Of a stretch of DNA of 60,546 bases, positions 52,990 through 60,546 are shown one piece after another. How positions within the stretch are numbered: position 1 is the stretch's first letter; each line of letters starts with the position of its first letter. The position numbers and the translations under genes are program-made. The DNA comes from a virus (taxonomy: Duplodnaviria > Caudoviricetes), in IMG/VR virus record IMGVR_UViG_3300028024_000009, positions 1 through 60,546 of that record, one strand, 5' to 3'. Under the pieces are notes generated by a model that did no database searches, was not told the origin of the DNA, and saw only the letters and a program-made list of their open reading frames with translations.

Positions 52990-55170
52990 TTGGAGTCCAA
53001 CGTGATCAAGCGTAACGGAAAGTCGCATCCGAGTAAATTGTTTGATAGTGCGCGTGCCGCGCAATCGTGGTTAGATCTGGGGATCCTGACAATACCGCTG
53101 CATCCGCGTTCGAAAAAGCCGAAAGGCGAAGGTCGGGGGAACGGTGCGAAAGGTTGGCAGAAGATGCGATTGACGTCGGAGACTCTCAGCGAGTTCTTCG
53201 AGCGGGGAGATAATATCGGAGGTTTGTGGGGCGAGCCGAGTGGATGGATCATCGATGTCGATCTAGACTGCGAGGAAGCGATTGCCGCCGCTGACACTCT
53301 CCTACCGCCGACGTTTATGTACGGCAGACGCAATCGACCTGCCTCTCACTACCTGTATCGATGCGAGGGATTAGCGACATTCAAGCGGGCTGCATCTAAC
53401 GAGATGCTGCTCGAAGTTCGTTCGACGGGCAGTCAGTCAGTGCTTCCTCCGTCTATCCACCCTGAAGGAGATCGGTATGAAATCAACCATGATGTGGATT
53501 TTAAAACTATTAGCCGTCGCGAGCTGGAGCGGCGCTGTAACATGGTGGCTGCTGCCGCCGTCCTCGCCAAGAATTATCCCGAGTCTGGTAGCCGCCACGA
53601 TTTCGTGCATACTGTTTCCGGGTCTCTTCTTTGGGAGGGGTGGACCCCAGAAATCGTCCGGGAATTCATGACCGCGATGCTCGATGCGGCTGACAGGAAG
53701 GAAGACGACCGCCAACAACGCGAGCGCACCATCGAGAACACCATTGAGCACTTCGCCCGAGGTGACAGGATAAGCGGCTGGCGAACTCTCAGTCAATGGC
53801 TGCCTGCAAAGGATATGGAGAACGCCCGACTGTGGTTGCGGATCGGCAAGCAGCAAGATGAAGCCCCCGAGGCAGTCGAGCCTGAGAAGATCGTCTCTGA
53901 TTTGGATCCGAGCTTCTTGAAAGTCCCCGGTTTGGTGGGAGATATCGCTAAGTGGTGTGCGACACGATCGTTTACGGTCCAGCCGCTATTCGACCTCGCG
54001 GTAGGGCTATGCTCGGTAGCTCTCGCAGCGGGAAACAAGTACGTCGTCGACGGCTGGGAAACCCCACTGCAACCTTACTTCATGCTCCTCGCGCCGACCG
54101 CCTCGGGTAAGGAAAGCGCGCTCGACGGGGTTCACGAAGTGGCACGTAAGATCGGATTGGGCAACAATACTTTTCAAGGGTTTCAATCCTACCACGCGCT
54201 GTTAGATAAGCTCGGCGAGGCTCCTCACGCCGCCTGCTGGCTATGGGACGAGGCCGCACGCAAGTTGCGCTCGACCGGTAAGGCACAAGGGGGACAAGAC
54301 TACCAGATCGTTACGTATCTCCTCTCCCTGTACGGTAAGGCGGCATCGAGCGTGGCTGGCATGCCCGGGCGCAAGCAAAGCATCGAGGGAGTAGAGCATC
54401 CGTTCCTCACCATCTTCGCAGCCGCTCAACCTAACCAGATGATCGAAGCGATCACTGACTCCGATCTCTCGATGGGACTCATCAACCGCTTCGTTCTGTT
54501 CGACGCCGGAGACGAGCTACCAGACGCGAACCTAACCCGCCAGAACGTTTTCCCGGCACGGCTCGAAGAGGGGCTCAAAACCTTCCGCTCCATCGATCCG
54601 CCGAAAGGGGAATTTCCTTTCATACACATCAAGATGAATTCGACGGAGACGTACGCGATCTTTCGAGACTTCCACGAGCGTTGTCGGGAGCAATCAATCA
54701 AAGGCGGAGGATGGGAGATGTGGGGCCGGGCGAATCAGAACGCGTTGCTTCTCGCCGGGATCGTTTCGGTGGGTATCAACCCGAAGAATCCGGTGATTAC
54801 GGAGTCGCTCGCTCAGTGGGCTACCCGCTTCATGGATTGGGCTTCGCATCGCTGGACGCAACGAGTCGAGGAATGCTCGTCGCGGTCGGTTATCGAAACC
54901 GGGAGCAAGCTCGTAGAGCGCATTATACGCAATGCGGCGTCCTATACGGGGCGAACGGCGGGACGAGCGGCGGAAGCCGCAGCCGTCGGACGGGGGCTTA
55001 TGCCGCGATCCCTCCTTACGCGGCTATGCCGGCATATGCGCGGGCGTGATCTCGAGGACGCAATCGATTCCCTGATCTCGAGCGATTTGGTGGCGACCGG
55101 AGAGGCCGAGGGGATCGATTGCGTGTGGATTAAAACCCCTTCGCTCCAAGCGAACGCAGCAGACTCGTAG
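52990..55170 (+). CDS. Bifunctional primase-polymerase fused to helicase-like P-loop domain
   Basis: 'IP.....K.P', 'NIG...G', 'DVDLD', 'H.LY', 'PPS.HP.G..Y'; C-terminal 'APTASGKE' and 'WDE'. The start may be GTG 53002. Confidence 0.88.
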   Translation: MESNVIKRNGKSHPSKLFDSARAAQSWLDLGILTIPLHPRSKKPKGEGRGNGAKGWQKMRLTSETLSEFFERGDNIGGLWGEPSGWIIDVDLDCEEAIAAADTLLPPTFMYGRRNRPASHYLYRCEGLATFKRAASNEMLLEVRSTGSQSVLPPSIHPEGDRYEINHDVDFKTISRRELERRCNMVAAAAVLAKNYPESGSRHDFVHTVSGSLLWEGWTPEIVREFMTAMLDAADRKEDDRQQRERTIENTIEHFARGDRISGWRTLSQWLPAKDMENARLWLRIGKQQDEAPEAVEPEKIVSDLDPSFLKVPGLVGDIAKWCATRSFTVQPLFDLAVGLCSVALAAGNKYVVDGWETPLQPYFMLLAPTASGKESALDGVHEVARKIGLGNNTFQGFQSYHALLDKLGEAPHAACWLWDEAARKLRSTGKAQGGQDYQIVTYLLSLYGKAASSVAGMPGRKQSIEGVEHPFLTIFAAAQPNQMIEAITDSDLSMGLINRFVLFDAGDELPDANLTRQNVFPARLEEGLKTFRSIDPPKGEFPFIHIKMNSTETYAIFRDFHERCREQSIKGGGWEMWGRANQNALLLAGIVSVGINPKNPVITESLAQWATRFMDWASHRWTQRVEECSSRSVIETGSKLVERIIRNAASYTGRTAGRAAEAAAVGRGLMPRSLLTRLCRHMRGRDLEDAIDSLISSDLVATGEAEGIDCVWIKTPSLQANAADS

Positions 55171-55660
55171 CGCGTCCTTCAACCGTCATGGCGAGGAGGT
55201 TACGAACCGCGTGACCTCCGTCGCTGTCGTCGAGACAAGCGGCATCGAGTTCGTTGTTCAGATGGTAAAGCTCGGGGTAGTCGATCGCATCATCAAGCAT
55301 GATGATCGAATGCGCCAGATGCCACAAGCACTTTTTCTTCTTCTTCGAATCGAGGTGCCGCGCATAGGGCTCGGGCAATACGAGAGCGACGAGCGCCCCG
55401 AAGGCATTCCACGTCATTGCATTGTAGAATCCCCCCCACGTTAGGTCGTCCGCGCTCTCCCCTTGATGTAGCAGAGATTCGCTATGAGACTTCGTATGTA
55501 TGAGGAGTTTAAGAAGCTCCGAGGTCTCGACCGACTTACCCTGCAGGAGCGTGCGGAGGATCGGACTCAACTCACGCATGCACTTGCGTCCCCTGAAATC
55601 ATCGATCTTCTCAAATCGGTCATCCAGCATTTTCGCCAGTTGCCGTATCGTCTCGCTCAT
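55130..55660 (-). CDS. Hypothetical protein
   Basis: Coupled to the DnaJ gene, convergent with the primase. Confidence 0.6.
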   Translation of the reverse strand: MSETIRQLAKMLDDRFEKIDDFRGRKCMRELSPILRTLLQGKSVETSELLKLLIHTKSHSESLLHQGESADDLTWGGFYNAMTWNAFGALVALVLPEPYARHLDSKKKKKCLWHLAHSIIMLDDAIDYPELYHLNNELDAACLDDSDGGHAVRNLLAMTVEGRATSLLRSLGAKGF

Positions 55661-56226
55661 ATTCCAGCTTCCTTCTTAGCTTGGTTTAGTTCGGACATCT
55701 TTTCGTGTGATCCTCCCGGGCGATCGGGGTGATACTTCATCGCCAGGGATTGATATGCTTTCTTGCGTTGGGGTTTCGTAGAATTCGGCCGCACTCCGAG
55801 AATCTCATACCATTCACGCTTTTTATCTGTCTTCGGGGGCTTCTCTTCCCCTCGAAAGGATTCGTCGAAACCTCGCCATTTTTGGCGGAGAATTTCTTCC
55901 TCCCAGACCTTTTGCTGCTTCCGCCAGAACTCTTCGGAATCAAAATTGGTTTCGTTGAACCAGCGAGCTTCTTCTCGCCTGACTCCATCCCTCCAGTCGA
56001 ATTCGAATCCGCCTCGCGCCTCATTGCCTCGGTACGGCTCCTCGTAGTGACGCCCCCGACTCTCTCGACGAGACGGCTGCTCGACATCGTAGCCTTCGCG
56101 CTTGCGCAGGAGATCGAGAAACCACAACACTGACTCGATCAGCTCGGGATCGAGCGGGACGACGCGCCCTTTGTAAAAATCACTCAACACACGACGCAAC
56201 GCGAGCCGAACGGTATCTAATTTCAT
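55657..56226 (-). CDS. J-domain protein
   Basis: C-terminal 'WYEILGV......KKAY..LAMKYHPDR.GG..EKM.ELN.A'. Confidence 0.9.
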   Translation of the reverse strand: MKLDTVRLALRRVLSDFYKGRVVPLDPELIESVLWFLDLLRKREGYDVEQPSRRESRGRHYEEPYRGNEARGGFEFDWRDGVRREEARWFNETNFDSEEFWRKQQKVWEEEILRQKWRGFDESFRGEEKPPKTDKKREWYEILGVRPNSTKPQRKKAYQSLAMKYHPDRPGGSHEKMSELNQAKKEAGI

Positions 56227-56393
56227 ATGCGGGAGATCAGGTATCCGAGGAAGCCGAAGCTAGCGACGAATGCTATCACATAGAGCACAGCCTTCCCCAG
56301 CCAATCGATCACCCTGAAAAGGTTAAGCATCGCCTGCGGCGCGACGGCTACCGCAATGATGAACAGAAAGAATACCATGAGGGCTTGCATCAT
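56223..56393 (-). CDS. Small two-TM membrane protein (not in ORF track)
   Basis: GGAGG RBS; MMQALMVFFLFIIAVAVAP...; coupled on both sides. Confidence 0.55.
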   Translation of the reverse strand: MMQALMVFFLFIIAVAVAPQAMLNLFRVIDWLGKAVLYVIAFVASFGFLGYLISRI

Positions 56394-56557
56394 TCCTCCG
56401 GCTCGGGATCGTACCGATCCTCTCTGGGAGGGGTACGTCCAGGGTTGTTATCGTACGGAACATCACTGAGCGGATCCTTGCCGAGTCTCGGGCGTTCCCG
56501 CTCCTGTGGAGGACAGCGTTTACCTTTAAACTTCGGGCGACGTTTTTTGGTACGCAT
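56390..56557 (-). CDS. Small basic hypothetical protein
   Basis: Coupled ORF. Confidence 0.45.
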   Translation of the reverse strand: MRTKKRRPKFKGKRCPPQERERPRLGKDPLSDVPYDNNPGRTPPREDRYDPEPEE

Positions 56558-57291
56558 CACTTCACCTGTCTGTCGAGAGAAACGGTTGCTCCATATTGCA
56601 TGCCGGCCCAACGGGCTGCGGCGTCGAGGTTTTCAAATGCGGGTCGGGGCGCGTCCGTAACCCCGAGCGCGTCGACGTATGCGGCATTTGCCGCTGCTTC
56701 GCGGTCGTATACGGTCGCTAGGACGATAGCCGAGCCCGGGGGCTGCGGGGTAGCGGGGTCGCTTTCGGCGCCCCGTACGGGGGCTTCTGCGGCCGCTTTA
56801 CGGAGCCGATCCGCCCGGAATGCGATTACGGCTGCCGCCCCGGTCGCGAACGAGCGGAAATAGGCATTCCCCGCCCCCGCATTCCGTTGCGCACGTCGGC
56901 CCTCGCGCGTAATCGACTCGACGAGAAATTCAGCGAGGATCGCCGCCGAGATGGCATTCGCGTGGCTTCCAACGAACACATGAAGAGTGTCTTTCGCCTT
57001 CGCCTTAGTGCTAAAGAGATAGCGGCAGAACATCAACTCCGCGACAGCCGTAGACACGAGCCTTGCCCACGGCCTCCCGTAGAATGTGGCTCGGTGCTCG
57101 ACACGCGGCTCGGCCTCCCCTCGTTTCTCAGGGGTGGATCCGATCGTTGCTAAGTCCAGATTGTACTTTGCCAGGGTTGCATGCGCCATTCGCAACGCAT
57201 TCTCCCTCTCACCCTCGCTCGCTCCAGTATCATTCGCCAGCGCGAGCATCTTGCGAATGCGCCCAATGACTTTGTCTGGAATTTCAGTCAT
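56557..57291 (-). CDS. DUF2786-domain protein
   Basis: 'RIRK.LALA.....SEGE..NA...A...L.KYNL' and 'F..G'. Confidence 0.85.
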   Translation of the reverse strand: MTEIPDKVIGRIRKMLALANDTGASEGERENALRMAHATLAKYNLDLATIGSTPEKRGEAEPRVEHRATFYGRPWARLVSTAVAELMFCRYLFSTKAKAKDTLHVFVGSHANAISAAILAEFLVESITREGRRAQRNAGAGNAYFRSFATGAAAVIAFRADRLRKAAAEAPVRGAESDPATPQPPGSAIVLATVYDREAAANAAYVDALGVTDAPRPAFENLDAAARWAGMQYGATVSLDRQVK

Positions 57292-57402
57292 CTCTGGATT
57301 TCCTTCTCAGTCGCTTGAACTGCCAGACCGCTGCCAACACCATCAGAGACATCGTCCAAGCCGCCCCGGCGAGAACTCCGATCCAGAACTCAGTCCCGAT
57401 CC

Positions 57403-57612
57403 TCATCTGACTGGTTCCCCGTAACGATCGGACACGCGGCCGGGGCCGGAGCGAATCCCATCACTCTCTGTCATATCGACCAGATTGCGGATCGCCTCAG
57501 CCTCGCTGTCTCCGGAGCCAGTCTTGCAGCCTTCGTCCGGATCGCCCCAGCACGCGCACCAGTACCGCTCGGCGCCATCGTGCCACGTGGTAATCGATAG
57601 TGTGTACGTCAT
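57403..57612 (-). CDS. Hypothetical protein
   Basis: GGAGG RBS; 'G.G.SE.EAI..L'. Confidence 0.5.
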   Translation of the reverse strand: MTYTLSITTWHDGAERYWCACWGDPDEGCKTGSGDSEAEAIRNLVDMTESDGIRSGPGRVSDRYGEPVR

Positions 57613-57613
57613 A

Positions 57614-58006
57614 TCAGCCTCCCACCCTGAGTCGGATTTCGTGTAGCTCGCCGAGGATTCGCAACATCTCCGGTTCCGCCATGAAGTCAACGTAGCGCTT
57701 GGCCTTGCGCGTCACGCGTCCGATGATCGCGACGAACTCTTTGCGGGACAGACGGGCGCGCTTGTTGGTCTGGCCGTAGATGTAGTCGAGCGCGATGACC
57801 TCGTACGCACGACCAACCTCATCATTAGTCGGGCATGGAGGCAGCTTCGGTGTGGGCCGAGATTGGACAGTAATCCGATAGATCGGCTTTCCTCCCTTGC
57901 GCGACTCAGTGACTCTGATCGGTGGCTTGCGATCCAGCTTCGCCAGCGTCTTCGCCATCCGCTTCTCGTGCGCGCGGATCAGCGCTGCGTCTGACTTGCG
58001 TTTCAT
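57614..58006 (-). CDS. Basic hypothetical protein
   Basis: GGAG RBS, coupled. Confidence 0.6.
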   Translation of the reverse strand: MKRKSDAALIRAHEKRMAKTLAKLDRKPPIRVTESRKGGKPIYRITVQSRPTPKLPPCPTNDEVGRAYEVIALDYIYGQTNKRARLSRKEFVAIIGRVTRKAKRYVDFMAEPEMLRILGELHEIRLRVGG

Positions 58007-58305
58007 TGCGGGTCTCCCGGCTTCGGTGTGTCTGTTCCGAAATCAATGATGAGGGGGCCGCGCAAAGCGTGCCCGAGCACGAGCGATCCAAGCGGGTTTG
58101 CTACGGGGTTCGGCTTCGGCATGCCGGGGGGAGCATCGAACGGGTCGACGAAATACGCGGGCCGGCGCTTGCCGCCGTAATCGACCCCGAGGTGCTCGAC
58201 GTAGCCCCCCGCGAGCGATTGCAACGACGGAAGCGACGGCTCCTTCCCGACGTACGGTACGGCATCGATCCGCCCGTCCGGATAAATCACCAGCAGCGTT
58301 CCCAT
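58003..58305 (-). CDS. DUF3846-like hypothetical protein
   Basis: 'L..LQ...GGYVE', 'N..A' and 'L.G..II'. Confidence 0.55.
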   Translation of the reverse strand: MGTLLVIYPDGRIDAVPYVGKEPSLPSLQSLAGGYVEHLGVDYGGKRRPAYFVDPFDAPPGMPKPNPVANPLGSLVLGHALRGPLIIDFGTDTPKPGDPQ

Positions 58306-58308
58306 AAC

Positions 58309-58524
58309 TCACTCCTTTGGTTTGAGTTTTCCGTACAGTCGATTCAGCCGACGATGTTCGTTGAAAGTTGCGGCGGCAGCCTCGTCGCTGGCATCGTCGT
58401 CCATCTCACGCACCTCGTCCCACTGCGCGGTAGCCCGGTCGCTGAGAGCATTGAGCACGTCCCGAAGCTCCCCATCGGTGAGTTTGACGGTGTGTGTTTT
58501 TCCAGGCGCTTTTTTCTTAGCCAT
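58309..58524 (-). CDS. Hypothetical protein
   Basis: Coupled ORF. Confidence 0.55.
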   Translation of the reverse strand: MAKKKAPGKTHTVKLTDGELRDVLNALSDRATAQWDEVREMDDDASDEAAAATFNEHRRLNRLYGKLKPKE

Positions 58525-58847
58525 TAGCGTCGGAAGCGTGCACGCTCCCACTCCTCGTCTGTGATTTCCTCAGGCCCACCCGAACACCTGTGAGTGTCGT
58601 TCAGGGGGGATCGGTGGAACGGGTCGTGCGCCCGGGATAGCGGCAGGCATTCGTCGCAGCCGCATTCCGGCCCGTGCCCATCCGTCAGCGTGGTGCATTC
58701 GCTGCAGGTGCAATCGCTCGGATGCGCGCTGATCTCGCTCCGCATGATTTCGACGGCCTCGACGTCACGCTGAGGATGCGTGCATTCGCGGCAGTCACAA
58801 TCGTCGGGGTGTTCGGGCGGTTCTTCGAGGTGTCGGTCGTGTGTCAT
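58524..58847 (-). CDS. His/Cys-rich protein with three HxxxCxCxxC repeats
   Basis: HPDDCDCREC, HPSDCTCSEC and HGPECGCDEC. Confidence 0.7.
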   Translation of the reverse strand: MTHDRHLEEPPEHPDDCDCRECTHPQRDVEAVEIMRSEISAHPSDCTCSECTTLTDGHGPECGCDECLPLSRAHDPFHRSPLNDTHRCSGGPEEITDEEWERARFRR

Positions 58848-58861
58848 TTTCCATCCTCTGG

Positions 58862-59065
58862 TTATGGTGTGTAGTTGCGGACTATCTCAGCGAGATCGTC
58901 GATGGCGTCGCACAGCTTCAGCGTATTGTAAAGCTGCACCACGTTCTTGACCCGGTTCTCGGTCCACTCGCCATCGGCATTCGGATACTCGGTGCTGACG
59001 CAACGGGCGATCTCGTCCGCAACGTGCAGGGCTTCCTCAACCAGCTCGGTGTGTCGACGGGGCAT
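58862..59065 (-). CDS. Hypothetical protein
   Basis: AGGAG RBS. Confidence 0.55.
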   Translation of the reverse strand: MPRRHTELVEEALHVADEIARCVSTEYPNADGEWTENRVKNVVQLYNTLKLCDAIDDLAEIVRNYTP

Positions 59066-59076
59066 ACAATTTTCTC

Positions 59077-59403
59077 CTACCCATAAATATAGCAATTCAC
59101 CACGTCAGCGGTCGCCTGCACGATAGCGGCGACGTTGAATTTGGATTTCGGATGCGCACGAGCGAGGCGCGGGTCGCCGAACGTAAACGTTACGTGCGTC
59201 AGCAACGTCGCGGCGGCATCGATTGCGCCCCGGCACGATTTGCCGCATAGCGTCGCGATACTCATCGTCGCGGCGAGGTCGGTTCCCGTGCGGCGGTTGG
59301 CCGTGCCGGGCAATTCGTAGCCGAGCTGGTCCGCGAAATAATCAGCGACGCTCGGCGCGTCCGTGCACGGGATGCCGGTTTTCACCGTGCTATGCGAATC
59401 CAT
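59077..59403 (-). CDS. Hypothetical protein
   Basis: GGAGG RBS. Confidence 0.55.
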   Translation of the reverse strand: MDSHSTVKTGIPCTDAPSVADYFADQLGYELPGTANRRTGTDLAATMSIATLCGKSCRGAIDAAATLLTHVTFTFGDPRLARAHPKSKFNVAAIVQATADVVNCYIYG

Positions 59404-59647
59404 ATTTCCTCCAAAGCCAAGCGCGCAGCTGGGTGCCGTCCGATACGTAGTAATTCACCGCGTCCGTATAAACCAGCACGGTGCCCCCGCCGACCGTTTT
59501 AAAGCCCGTCGGTTGATGCTGCTTCGCCGCTCGCTTTAGCTCGGCGAGCGTTACCGATTGCGCGGGTTTCGGGGCCCGAGGTTCGGCACCCGGGGCGAAG
59601 CTGCATCGCAGGCAGCGGCACGTCGGTCCGTGCGTTTGATCGGGCAT
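59390..59647 (-). CDS. Hypothetical protein with HGPTCRCLRC motif
   Basis: AAGGAG RBS before ATG 59647. Confidence 0.55.
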   Translation of the reverse strand: MPDQTHGPTCRCLRCSFAPGAEPRAPKPAQSVTLAELKRAAKQHQPTGFKTVGGGTVLVYTDAVNYYVSDGTQLRAWLWRKYGFA

Positions 59648-59884
59648 CGTCGTCTCCTTTATGTAAAGTGGGTCGCTACGAAAGGTCGGGGAACGGGCGG
59701 AACCGCTAGCTAATCGATGCATTGCCCGGAACTTACGGATTTCCACCAGCCGGCATCGAGCCCGTTTTGAAAGCCCCCCGCCTATTGGGGGGTTGGACGC
59801 ATATAACCTTTCGTAGCTTCCCGTACGCTCCCCGGGGGCTAGCCGGGGGCGTTTCGGCCGTTGCTAGCGGCCTCGTCAGCGGGA

Positions 59885-60175
59885 TTACTGCTTGGTCGGT
59901 TCGTCGGCAGCCTTCGCTTCGGGCTTCGCCTTCCCGGGCTTGAGGATTTCCCGAACCTTCGCAGCCTGCGCTTCGGTAAACGTCCAGCGCTCGCGGGCGG
60001 CGTGGAAGCTGAGGCCGGCCGCCTTGCGCAGCTTGCGGCGTGCGGCTTTCGGCTCGATGCGGAGCGCCTTGCAAATCGCCTTCAGCGGGGTCCGCTCGAT
60101 TTTCTTCCCGGTGCGGACCGCTTTCGCGGGCTTCGTGCTGGCAGCGGGGGCATTCGTCGTGGTCGTGGTTTCCAT
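59885..60175 (-). CDS. Basic HTH DNA-binding protein
   Basis: GGAG RBS; 'LKAIC..L.I.PK.ARRKLR.......RW.F'. Confidence 0.7.
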   Translation of the reverse strand: METTTTTNAPAASTKPAKAVRTGKKIERTPLKAICKALRIEPKAARRKLRKAAGLSFHAARERWTFTEAQAAKVREILKPGKAKPEAKAADEPTKQ

Positions 60176-60340
60176 CGTCGTATCTCCGTTTCGTCCGGGG
60201 GGCTTCCCCGGGGCTATGCGGTCCGTATCGACCGTGGAAGCATTATCGCCCGCCGGCAGCGAAAAAAAGGTCCGTTTTTACATAATCTGCAAATATTTCT
60301 TCTTTACATAATGCAGCGGGGGTTCGGGGTAAGCACGGGA

Positions 60341-60386
60341 CGGGGCATTACGGCGTCCGATTTACCATAATGCCCCGGTTTTTCTT
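60341..60386 (+). promoter_or_regulatory. Inverted repeat with T-tract in the terminal non-coding region
   Basis: CGGGGCATTA...TAATGCCCCG followed by GTTTTTCTT. Confidence 0.4.
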
Positions 60387-60546
60387 CACAACGGGCTGGC
60401 TTGCCCCGGGTCCTCGAGCGGATCGCGGCGAGGCTTATATAGCGCCTCGATGCGTTCCCGCGCGTCGGCCAGCTCGGTAGCTAGCTTGCTATTGATTTTG
60501 CATACGTAGCTTGCTAGCTTCCAGCAATCCGGGGAGACGTCGATCC

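Noticed and set aside
1-60546. Prophage/integration module or terminal direct repeats
   Set aside because: No integrase, repressor pair or host flanks recognised, and the two ends of the window share no visible repeat.

Overview
The window is most or all of a ~60 kb tailed dsDNA phage genome with a podovirus-like layout. No integrase, RNA polymerase or obvious small terminase is visible, and the host is probably a proteobacterium. The + strand (1-38.9 kb) carries a DUF5675/holin-like pair, many small ORFs, thyX, a ~1.3 kb ORF-poor and highly structured ncRNA region with an aberrant tRNA, a KGG stress protein, TerL, portal, two adjacent anti-defence sponge-like genes (Sequestin-like, Acb2-like), GroES-like, scaffold, major capsid, tail/fibre genes and large internal (ejection) proteins. 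The - strand (39-52.9 kb) carries replication/recombination genes (VRR-NUC, SNF2, DUF669, AAA_24, PD-(D/E)XK nuclease, UDG-fused PolA) and a nucleotide-modification cluster with three thymidylate-synthase-fold paralogues. A divergent primase-helicase follows, then small early genes. Best candidates for new biology: (1) a probable cytosine-modification pathway alongside ThyX; (2) tail-fibre-like proteins with Sec signal peptides and paired cysteines; (3) a recurring [FYKH]-x-x-G-G motif across six internal virion proteins; (4) a large ornate ncRNA and tRNA-like RNAs. All assignments are from motif recognition by eye, without database searches. Several start codons were moved downstream of the supplied ORF track on the basis of RBS and gene overlap.
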